From positions 175,531-239,530 of the forward strand of contig JAZDMX010000003.1 in NCBI GenBank assembly GCA_043800555.1: 64,000 bases of DNA, in the 5' to 3' direction. The notes below the pieces were generated by a model. That model saw only the letters and a list, made by a program, of their open reading frames with translations, did not search any database and was not told where the DNA came from. This stretch comes from Candidatus Omnitrophota bacterium (GTDB lineage Bacteria > Omnitrophota > Gorgyraeia > Gygaellales > Profunditerraquicolaceae). Position 1 is the stretch's first letter, and the number at the start of each line of letters is the position of its first letter. Shown here one piece after another: positions 56,300 to 64,000 of this stretch. The position numbers and the translations under genes are program-made.

Positions 56300-57888
56300 T
56301 GAAAAAAACATACTTTGGCCGTAAATATTACGAGGATATACTTACCAAGCGGGTAAATGGTTTAAAAGAGGATTACCGCCAGAATATTGCTTTGGTAGGC
56401 GATGAATTGGTAGGTAAGACCTCTATTATTTTTGATTTTCTCGACAGGTTCCAGGACAACCTGATTATCCCTCTTTATCTCGACGTAAGGCCGGAGTCGG
56501 CAGTTTCGTTTTCAAGAAGGTTTATAGGGGTATTGCTCTATAATTTCCTTCTTAACAGCGCAATGGCGTTGAAAGAAGACCTTGATTTCCTTATCAGCAA
56601 ATCTGAAAAATATATCCCCCAGACAATCGAAAAAGCAAGGTCAATCCTGGATGATTTAAGCAAAAGGAAAAAAAAGAACATATTTACGGAACTGAATTTA
56701 CTTTGTGAGCTTATTCATTTTGAAACCGGCAAGTATTGCGTGGTGGTCTTCGATGAGTTCCAGAACTTAGAGAGTATAGGTTTCCCCAATCTGTACCGCG
56801 ATTGGTCAAAAGCCCTTATTTCAAACAAGAACACGATGTACATAATCGTAAGTTCCATGAAATTCAAGGCCAAACTTATCCTTTCTAAAAACCTTTCTTT
56901 GCTCTTCGGTAACTTTGAAGTCGTAGAGGTCAAGCCGTTTGATATAGGAATGAGCACGGAGCTACTAAAGAACAAGCTCTCCGGGGTTAAGCTGGCATCC
57001 CCCTTAATCAACTTCATCATTTATTTTTGCGGCGGTTATCCTATGTACCTTGAGGTTATTGCCGGAGCTTTGTTGAAAAAAGAAGGCCGGGCGCTCTCGG
57101 AGATACTGGAGGAAGAGCTTTTTGACTCTACCGGTATCTTAAACCAAAGGTTTTCCAGTTATATCAAGGGTTTTCTTGACCATCCGCACAGTAACGACTA
57201 CATATCGATACTGTATCTGATCTCAAGCGGCAGGAACAGGATCAAGGATATCTCCCATTTTTTAAGGATGCAAAAGAGCAAAGTTATCTCTCGGATTAAC
57301 CGCCTTTTGGAGATCGATACCATAAACCGAAGCGGCGATTTCCTGCAGATTAACGACCGCGTATTCAGTTTCTGGATGAAATTCGTTTATCAGGGGAAAC
57401 TCCATTCGCTTACCTTTGATGCTAAAAACCAGAAAGCTAAATTTCGCGATAGCATTGAAGAGATAATCCAGGAATTTATCCTCCAGGGGCAAAAGCCGCT
57501 TATGGAGAGAATGAATGAGCTTTTGGGCTCTTTCGAGGACGAGATGATCCAAATGGAGAAAGGCAAAGTCCGTTTAAACCATTTACGGGAAATCAAACCT
57601 TTGCAATTCCGCAGCCAGGTTTTTAATAACGGGTTAATCGGCCGTTCAAGCGACAGCCTTTGGATTGTTGCGGTAAAGCAGGATTTGCTTACCGAGGAGG
57701 ATATAGTTGAATTTTCCCGGGAGTGCAGGAGATACCGGCATAAGCTTCAGAGAAAAGTAATCGTAACCCTTAAAGATATCGACCTGAATACAAGGTTAAG
57801 GGCGCTGGAAGAAAAAATCTGGACCTGGGATATTAACAGGTTGAATCAAATCCTTGATTTGTATTCTAAGCCAAAAGTTATCGCTTAG
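56299..57888 (+). CDS. AAA+ ATPase of the Arch_ATPase (PF01637-like) family with a C-terminal DUF234-like region
   Basis: Walker A VGDELVGKTS. Walker B VVVFDEFQNLE. Confidence 0.55.
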   Translation: MKKTYFGRKYYEDILTKRVNGLKEDYRQNIALVGDELVGKTSIIFDFLDRFQDNLIIPLYLDVRPESAVSFSRRFIGVLLYNFLLNSAMALKEDLDFLISKSEKYIPQTIEKARSILDDLSKRKKKNIFTELNLLCELIHFETGKYCVVVFDEFQNLESIGFPNLYRDWSKALISNKNTMYIIVSSMKFKAKLILSKNLSLLFGNFEVVEVKPFDIGMSTELLKNKLSGVKLASPLINFIIYFCGGYPMYLEVIAGALLKKEGRALSEILEEELFDSTGILNQRFSSYIKGFLDHPHSNDYISILYLISSGRNRIKDISHFLRMQKSKVISRINRLLEIDTINRSGDFLQINDRVFSFWMKFVYQGKLHSLTFDAKNQKAKFRDSIEEIIQEFILQGQKPLMERMNELLGSFEDEMIQMEKGKVRLNHLREIKPLQFRSQVFNNGLIGRSSDSLWIVAVKQDLLTEEDIVEFSRECRRYRHKLQRKVIVTLKDIDLNTRLRALEEKIWTWDINRLNQILDLYSKPKVIA

Positions 57889-57956
57889 AAAAGAAGCGTT
57901 TCTATGCTAAATGCCCATAAAGAATCGGGCCCCGGAAATAAAGAAAGGCGCCGAGA

Positions 57957-58445
57957 GTGAAAATAGTAGTAATTTCTGATACGCATATACCGTTTAAGGC
58001 CATTGCTTTGCCGGAGAAATTAGTAGAAGAAATTAAGGGCGCGGATATGCTAATACATGCCGGCGATATGGTTAGTTTGGGGTTTCTTAACGAGCTTAAA
58101 TCTATTGCCAAATGCCTAAAGGCGGTTTACGGGAATATGGATCCCGAAGAAGTGAGGAAAGTTTTGCCGCAAAAAGAAATATTCAAGGCCGGTAATTTTA
58201 AAATTGGAGTTTTTCACGGGTGCGGCTCGCCGAATACTATCTTTGAGCTTTTGGATTCGGAGTTCAAAGACGATAAGCCGGATATAATCGTATTCGGGCA
58301 TACGCATCAGGCTTTTAACGAAAAGCGCTCCGGGGCGCTTTTCTTTAATCCCGGAAGCGCCACGGATAAAGCTTGCGCCGAATGCAATACCTACGGAATA
58401 ATCGAGATTAACGATAAGATACGCTCAAAAATACTTAAAGTTTAG
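57957..58445 (+). CDS. YfcE/MJ0936-type metallophosphoesterase
   Basis: KIVVISDTHIP...GDMVS...GHTHQAF. GTG start. Confidence 0.8.
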   Translation: MKIVVISDTHIPFKAIALPEKLVEEIKGADMLIHAGDMVSLGFLNELKSIAKCLKAVYGNMDPEEVRKVLPQKEIFKAGNFKIGVFHGCGSPNTIFELLDSEFKDDKPDIIVFGHTHQAFNEKRSGALFFNPGSATDKACAECNTYGIIEINDKIRSKILKV

Positions 58446-58559
58446 GTGCCAGGAGAAATATTTGTTTAGGTTACGTTAATTATTATCAATGCCGGCCGGC
58501 AATTAAGTTTTTCGCTGTTCTTAGGAGCAGTTAAGGCCTGTCAGGCTGTAAGATTCAAT

Positions 58560-59024
58560 ATGGATAAGATTTGGGCGCCGTGGAGGCTGGGGTATATAAG
58601 GGGTAAAAAGCAAAAAGGCTGCGTATTCTGTAAATCCATCCGGAAACAGGAAGATGGTTATGTGATTTTCAAAACTTCGCAGGCAATCGCGATGCTCAAT
58701 ATTTTTCCATATAACAACGGGCATATGTTGATTTCTCCCCTGCGGCACCTGAGCCGGTTGGACCAGTTGACGGAGCCAGAGGCGCTTGGTTTATTCCGGG
58801 CGGTTAAGAAGGCACAAGGGCTCCTGGAGAAAGTCTTGAAACCTCAGGGGTTCAATATCGGAGTAAATTTATCCCGTAGCGCCGGAGCCGGAATTACCGG
58901 GCATTTGCATATACATATAGTCCCGCGCTGGGCAGGCGACACTAATTTTATGCCGGCGGTTTTTGGCACAAAAGTGATTTCCGAATCATTGGAGCAGTTA
59001 TGCAAGCAATTAAGGGCTGCCTAG
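58560..59024 (+). CDS. HIT-family (histidine triad) nucleotide hydrolase/transferase
   Basis: Histidine triad GHLHIHIVPR. N-terminal Zn-binding CVFC. Confidence 0.85.
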   Translation: MDKIWAPWRLGYIRGKKQKGCVFCKSIRKQEDGYVIFKTSQAIAMLNIFPYNNGHMLISPLRHLSRLDQLTEPEALGLFRAVKKAQGLLEKVLKPQGFNIGVNLSRSAGAGITGHLHIHIVPRWAGDTNFMPAVFGTKVISESLEQLCKQLRAA

Positions 59025-59037
59025 GCCCGCAAGCGGC

Positions 59038-60201
59038 TTGAGGAGTCGAATGCATCAAAAAAAGTTTAAGGATGTCGAAAGCATGGTTTTGGCTCCCTAC
59101 GCGATGAAGAGCAAAGAAAGCAAGGGCAGGGCCTATTTCGAGGAAGAACATCCCTACAGGTCGGTTTACCAGCGCGACAGGGATAGAGTTGTGCATTCCG
59201 CGGCTTTTAGAAGGCTGGAGTACAAAACTCAAGTGTTCGTAAACCATGAAGGCGATGATTACAGGACCAGGCTTACCCACACTATAGAGGTGGCCCAAAT
59301 TGCCCGGACTATTGCCAGCGCGCTGCATTTGAATATAGATTTAACCGAGGCAATTTCTTTGGCCCATGATTTGGGGCATACCGCGTTCGGGCATTCCGGG
59401 GAAGACGCCCTAAATGAGTTAATGTCTAAATGCGGCGGGTTTAACCATAACACGCAAGGCCTGCGGGTGGTGGATTACCTTGAGGAAAAGTACCCGGATT
59501 TTCCCGGGCTTAATTTGACTTGGGAAGTAAGGGAGGGGATAGCTAAGCATTCGACGGCTTTTGACATAAGCTTGAGGCTAAAAGGCCTAGCTCCCGATGA
59601 GTCGCCTACATTAGAAACGCAGGTGGTTGATATCGCCGATGAAATTGCCTATGATAATCATGACCTTGACGATGGTTTGGCGTCGGGGTTAATCAAAGAA
59701 AACGATCTAGAGCCGCTTTTTATCTGGAACAATCTCAAGAAACGCATAACTGCTAAATACGCGGGGATTTCACCGGAAAAGAAAAGATACCTTATTATCA
59801 GGTCTTTAATTGACCTTCAGGTTACGGATTTAATCCGGGAAACCGAAATAAATATAAGGAGGGCCGGGCTTAAGACTTATAAAGATGCCAAGAAAATAAA
59901 GAAAAAAATTGTTACTTTTAGCCAGGATATGATAAAATTAAGAAAGCCCCTGCGCGCTTTCCTTATGGATAAGCTTTACAGCCACTACCGCGTGGTGCGT
60001 ATGAGCATAAAGGCCAAGCGCTTCATACAGGAATTATTCAAGGTTTATATAGCTAACCCAAAACAACTTCCTGAGAAAATCCAGGCCCGGGTCAACCGGG
60101 ACGGCGTAAGGCGGGCAGTTTGCGACTACATCGCCGGCATGACTGACAGGTATGCGTTAGATGAATACAAAAAACTATTTGACCCCTACGAAAAGGTATA
60201 A
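59038..60201 (+). CDS. dGTP triphosphohydrolase-like HD-domain protein
   Basis: RDRDRVVHSAAFRRLEYKTQVF...RLTHTIEVAQIAR...HDLGHTAFGH. Confidence 0.8.
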   Translation: MRSRMHQKKFKDVESMVLAPYAMKSKESKGRAYFEEEHPYRSVYQRDRDRVVHSAAFRRLEYKTQVFVNHEGDDYRTRLTHTIEVAQIARTIASALHLNIDLTEAISLAHDLGHTAFGHSGEDALNELMSKCGGFNHNTQGLRVVDYLEEKYPDFPGLNLTWEVREGIAKHSTAFDISLRLKGLAPDESPTLETQVVDIADEIAYDNHDLDDGLASGLIKENDLEPLFIWNNLKKRITAKYAGISPEKKRYLIIRSLIDLQVTDLIRETEINIRRAGLKTYKDAKKIKKKIVTFSQDMIKLRKPLRAFLMDKLYSHYRVVRMSIKAKRFIQELFKVYIANPKQLPEKIQARVNRDGVRRAVCDYIAGMTDRYALDEYKKLFDPYEKV

Positions 60202-61243
60202 AAACCTGATTTCCGCAATTCATAGTATTTACAGGCTGGTTAATTCTACTTACGAATTGGCCGATCTGATACCGCGGCTATGCCGGCTTATCAGCCAGAT
60301 ATTAAATGCCGATTACTGCCAGATTACCATGCTGGACGCTACAAAGAAATACTCTGTTTTAAAATGTTTTATTAACGGTAAGAACAAATTTTGCACCGAC
60401 CAAAAGTCAAAAATCGTCAATCGCGCGGAGAAGAAGATAATCCGGACCAATTCCGTTATGATCCAGGGAGGCCTTATGGCCGCTCCCTTGATTTCCGAGG
60501 ACTTGATTGGTATTGTTATCTTAAGGCGAAAGAAAAAAGCGCATTCTTTTGAGAGCCCCGACCGGGAAACGTTAATGACCCTTATCGAACAGGCAATAAT
60601 CGGGATAAGGAACCTGCAGCTTTATGAAGAGCAGCAAAAAATAGTTTTTGGCAGCATAAAATCGCTGGTTACCCTGTTAGATACCCGCGTGCCTCAGGAA
60701 TACACGCATTCGCCTTATTTTAGCCGTTTGGTTACTGCTATAGGCCATCAGATGCATTTGGATGAGAAGCAAATCCAAAGTTTAAAATACGCAAGCCTCC
60801 TGCATGATGCCGGCAAGGTCGATATCCCCCCGGAGATACTTACCAAAACCACAAAACTTACGGCCGAAGAATTCAATATCATTAAAAAACATCCTGTCAA
60901 GGGCGCCCAGATATTGCGGCCGTTACAGGTGCTAAAGCCCGTAATCCCGATTATCATGCATCATCATGAGAAATATGACGGCACCGGGTATCCTTCCAGG
61001 CTCAAGAAAGGGCAGATTCCCGAAGGCGCCAGGATTATGGCGGTGGCAGATGCTTTTGAGGCAATGGTTTACGGGCGGCCTTACCGCGAGAGGAAAGATA
61101 TTAATTCCGCGATAAAGGAGATTAAGAAGAAAAGCGGTTCCCAGTTTGATCCCCGGGTAGTGGACGCATTCTTGAAGATAATTAAAAAGATCAATACTAG
61201 GATTTACCTTAAACAGAAATTACCCGCGACTAGCCCGGCCTGA
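60161..61243 (+). CDS. HD-GYP domain protein (putative c-di-GMP phosphodiesterase) with an N-terminal GAF-like domain
   Basis: HDAGKVDIPPEIL...HHHEKYDGTGYP. Confidence 0.8.
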   Translation: MNTKNYLTPTKRYKNLISAIHSIYRLVNSTYELADLIPRLCRLISQILNADYCQITMLDATKKYSVLKCFINGKNKFCTDQKSKIVNRAEKKIIRTNSVMIQGGLMAAPLISEDLIGIVILRRKKKAHSFESPDRETLMTLIEQAIIGIRNLQLYEEQQKIVFGSIKSLVTLLDTRVPQEYTHSPYFSRLVTAIGHQMHLDEKQIQSLKYASLLHDAGKVDIPPEILTKTTKLTAEEFNIIKKHPVKGAQILRPLQVLKPVIPIIMHHHEKYDGTGYPSRLKKGQIPEGARIMAVADAFEAMVYGRPYRERKDINSAIKEIKKKSGSQFDPRVVDAFLKIIKKINTRIYLKQKLPATSPA

Positions 61244-61282
61244 ATTCTTAAGCGCGTTGTTACGGGTTGATGCGGGGCTGGC

Positions 61283-61337
61283 TTTATCCCCGGGATCCTG
61301 GGGATAAGCGGCGAATGCGCAAAAGATAGGGGATAAA
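61283..61337. promoter_or_regulatory. Operator-like cluster upstream of the SPOR gene: an inverted repeat TTATCCCCGGGA/TCCTGGGGATAA plus a third direct GGGGATAA copy
   Basis: TTATCCCC at 61284-61291, GGGGATAA at 61300-61307 and GGGGATAA at 61329-61336. The 12-bp arms carry one mismatch. Confidence 0.35.
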
Positions 61338-61344
61338 TTAATCC

Positions 61345-61881
61345 GTGGAAAAGCAAGAAAACTCCCAGTTGGAATTATTTTCCCAGGTGAATGATGCCCA
61401 GGATTTCAGCTCCAGCGGAAAAAGGCATTTTCTGGAGCGTATCTGGAATTATGAAAAAACAATACTTGTCATCCTGGGGTTTCTAATTACCGGGATTGTA
61501 GCTTTTTCTTTGGGGGTAGAGAAGGGCAAGGCTATTGCGTCGGATAACCAGGCCAGGCCCCCGGCGGTAATGAGGGCGCAGGCCGTTTTTCCTGCCTCTG
61601 CTCAGGAAATAACAGGAAAAGGCAAGATAACCAGGCAGATAGAGGCCCCGGTTATGCAGCAACGAGGGTCTTTTACCATCCAGGTAGCTAGTTTTAAGGC
61701 CAAGGAGAATGCTTTAAAGGAGGCCGAGTTCATCAAGAAACGGGGGTTCAGCGCCATGTTGTTTCAAAAAAACGGTTACTTTGTTTTGTGCGCAGGAAAT
61801 TTCCCGGATAAAGAAACCGCGCTGGGTTTAATCCCCGGGTTGAACAAGCGTTATGGAAACTGTCAGATAAGGAGGTTGTAA
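61345..61881 (+). CDS. SPOR-domain protein with an N-terminal TM anchor
   Basis: C-terminal SPOR domain FTIQVASFKAKENALKEAEFIKKRGFSAMLFQKNGYFVLCAGNF. Confidence 0.7.
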   Translation: MEKQENSQLELFSQVNDAQDFSSSGKRHFLERIWNYEKTILVILGFLITGIVAFSLGVEKGKAIASDNQARPPAVMRAQAVFPASAQEITGKGKITRQIEAPVMQQRGSFTIQVASFKAKENALKEAEFIKKRGFSAMLFQKNGYFVLCAGNFPDKETALGLIPGLNKRYGNCQIRRL

Positions 61882-61883
61882 AA

Positions 61884-62159
61884 ATGTCGATACACCCGTC
61901 ATTAGCGGTATCAGATAAGGATAAGAAACAAAGATCGGTATTAAAGCGGACAGAACGTATCCGGTCCATGCTTGATAAGGGCCAATGGAAAGAGGGGGAT
62001 AGGGTTTATGGCCTTCCGAAGATAAAGGCTATAAGGATTAAGATCAAAAAAGAGAAAGCAGAAAAGACGGCGGAGGCTTCTCCAGGCGCAGAAGGAGCGG
62101 CAACAGCCGGCAAGGAACCTGCTGCCAAACAAGCGGGTAAGGCCCCGGAAAAGAAATAA
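61884..62159 (+). CDS. Small lysine/alanine-rich hypothetical protein
   Basis: ORF with a low-complexity K/A/E-rich C-terminus. Positional support only. Confidence 0.4.
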   Translation: MSIHPSLAVSDKDKKQRSVLKRTERIRSMLDKGQWKEGDRVYGLPKIKAIRIKIKKEKAEKTAEASPGAEGAATAGKEPAAKQAGKAPEKK

Positions 62160-62162
62160 CCG

Positions 62163-62981
62163 ATGCGTTTAAGATATTCTTTAAAGGCTGTTCTTTTTGT
62201 GCCGCTTATTTTGGTTTTATTTTGCGGAGCGGCTTGCGCCGGGGAACAGGCGCAGTTTACGGGTGAAATTAACGCCCGGGATATTAACCTGCGGGTTGAC
62301 GCGACTACCAATTCGGCTGTGATATCCGTATTAGATAAAGGGGAACGGGTTGAGGTTGTTTTGGAGATGTATGATTGGTATAAGGTAAGGCTCCCTAAGG
62401 AGGTAGTTGTGTATATCAAGAAAGGCCTCGCCAAGTGCATAAAATCGACTGAGCCTGAAAACATGATCCAGGCGGAGCCGGCAGCCCCGCGGTGTTTAAG
62501 CGCGAAGCTTTTGGCTGATCGCGTCAATGTCCGCCTGAAACCTGACGAGAGCGCTCTTATTGTCGGCATAGCGGATAAGGGGGAGGTCGTAAACGTAATT
62601 TCAGAGGCCGGGGATTGGTATAAAATCGAACCTATCCAAAATAGCTTTGGCTGGGTCTACAAAAAGTTTGTTAATAAGGCCGTTGTCGTAGACAAGCCGC
62701 CGCAGGAAACTCAAATGTCTCAAAGCCAAACAGGCGTTTCCGATAATCCGGATAAGCTGTCTATCTTCACGGGAACGGTTATGCCTTATGGCGTAGTATT
62801 CTTGCGCAAGGCTACTCATAAACTGGTCAGTCCGGATAATAAGGTGTTCTTGTTGAAGGGTAACCGCGCAAGCCTGGATGCCCTTAACTACGAGAAAGTA
62901 AAGGTTATCGGCAAGATAATCGGCTCTCCCGAAGTAAAAACCCCTCTGGTAGAAGTAAAAATAATCGAGGTCATGAATTGA
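62163..62981 (+). CDS. Secreted protein with two bacterial SH3 (SH3b) domains
   Basis: Signal peptide. Two repeats of ...RVNVRLKPDESALIVGIADKGEVVNVISEAGDWYKI... (SH3_3-like). Confidence 0.6.
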   Translation: MRLRYSLKAVLFVPLILVLFCGAACAGEQAQFTGEINARDINLRVDATTNSAVISVLDKGERVEVVLEMYDWYKVRLPKEVVVYIKKGLAKCIKSTEPENMIQAEPAAPRCLSAKLLADRVNVRLKPDESALIVGIADKGEVVNVISEAGDWYKIEPIQNSFGWVYKKFVNKAVVVDKPPQETQMSQSQTGVSDNPDKLSIFTGTVMPYGVVFLRKATHKLVSPDNKVFLLKGNRASLDALNYEKVKVIGKIIGSPEVKTPLVEVKIIEVMN

Positions 62982-63604
62982 GCGGCGTTTTGGGGTTATT
63001 TATGGCTTTTGGGGTATCGTTCTGCCTTTTAGTCATTGCTATGACCGTCCATGAATTCGCGCACGGATGGGTTGCTTTTAAATTGGGGGACCCTACCGCT
63101 AAATATTCCGGAAGGCTCACCCTTAATCCTCGGGCCCACATAGATGCATTCTGGACAGTTATTTTGCCCTTATTTCTTTTTATTAGTTCCTCCGGAAGGT
63201 TTGTTTTTGGCGCCGCCAAGCCGGTCCCTGTTAACTACTGGGCGCTAAAGAACCCTAAAAGGGACATGGTCCTTATTGGGGCAAGCGGCCCGGCGGTAAA
63301 TCTTGTTTTTGCCGTTATACTTGCTATAGCAATAAAGATTATCCCTTTACCCTTAGTAGCGGTTTCTTTGGTTATTAACTTAATCGCTATTAACGTAGTC
63401 CTGGGTGTTTTTAACCTTATTCCGATCCCGCCTCTGGATGGTTCCCGGGTATTGGCGGGTTTGCTTCCGGAACCGTTGGCTTCCGGCTACGCTTCCATAG
63501 AACCGTATTCTTTCATTATATTATTGGCGCTTATCTGGATGGGGGCTTTAAACTGGTTTATCTGGCCATTGGTAGAATTAATCTTAAGGTTTTTAGGAGT
63601 TTAA
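62978..63604 (+). CDS. Site-2 protease family (M50) zinc metallopeptidase
   Basis: HEFAHGWVAFKLGD (HExxH) in TM1. A downstream LDG-type motif (PIPPLDGSRVL). Confidence 0.75.
   Translation: MSGVLGLFMAFGVSFCLLVIAMTVHEFAHGWVAFKLGDPTAKYSGRLTLNPRAHIDAFWTVILPLFLFISSSGRFVFGAAKPVPVNYWALKNPKRDMVLIGASGPAVNLVFAVILAIAIKIIPLPLVAVSLVINLIAINVVLGVFNLIPIPPLDGSRVLAGLLPEPLASGYASIEPYSFIILLALIWMGALNWFIWPLVELILRFLGV

Positions 63605-64000
<396 letters not shown>

Noticed and set aside
58488-58501. GC-rich palindrome TGCCGGCCGGCA upstream of the HIT gene
   Set aside because: The zero-loop palindrome cannot form a stable hairpin. It may be a restriction-type site by chance, and there is no supporting repeat.
56299-60201. 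AAA+ ATPase, metallophosphoesterase, HIT and dGTPase run as a possible anti-phage defence island
   Set aside because: Each family also has housekeeping roles. There are no nuclease/effector pairings typical of defence systems, and the genes sit in a conserved housekeeping context (tRNA, M23 peptidase, HD-GYP).
62006-62569. 187-aa minus-strand ORF opposite the Lys-rich and SH3b genes
   Set aside because: The shadow frame is Ala/Ser-rich because of the GC-rich sense codons, and nothing supports it.

Overview
This is a 64-kb window from an apparently uncultivated, probably anaerobic diderm bacterium with about 45% GC. All 60-plus supported genes lie on the + strand and are tightly packed. The first ~33 kb is a very large envelope-glycan locus. 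It opens with an NDP-sugar tailoring cluster (228-14670) that combines a YerE-like ThDP enzyme, an RfbH/E1-type PMP-dependent 3-dehydrase and a TylC3-like C-methyltransferase. Unusually, it also holds five radical-SAM enzymes; three of them (two cobalamin-dependent, one SPASM-type) are fused to the NDP-sugar-binding Rossmann domain otherwise found at the C-terminus of sugar C-methyltransferases, and a sixth cobalamin-dependent radical-SAM gene (17507..18904) lies in the adjacent GT2/GT-C module. This points to an undescribed branched, C-alkylated dideoxyhexose pathway. Next come two duplicated modules pairing a polyprenyl-phosphate GT2 with a giant GT-C membrane transferase, plus an O-antigen-ligase-family protein, a carbamoyltransferase, LPS-core heptose genes (GT9 x2, gmhB, manC) and a sugar aminotransferase. 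The remaining ~31 kb is housekeeping, including a priA-like gene, fmt, two tandem galT-like genes, gap, rpsU, aroQ, pepP, efp, accBC, a PPi-type pfk, gmhA/hldE, thiE/thiC, tRNA-Gly(CCC), an M23 peptidase, a dGTPase, an HD-GYP protein, a SPOR protein, an S2P protease and aroB. Several oddities stand out. One GT2 gene is split exactly at a U_UUA_AAU -1 slippery heptamer. The PriA homologue has every ATPase motif degenerated, and a 66-bp perfect palindromic repeat is inserted in-frame within it, with a second copy after gap. Of the tandem GalT paralogs, one has lost the nucleophilic His. thiE is split from its N-terminal domain by a +1 shift in an A5 run. No CRISPR arrays, transposases or integrases were seen.
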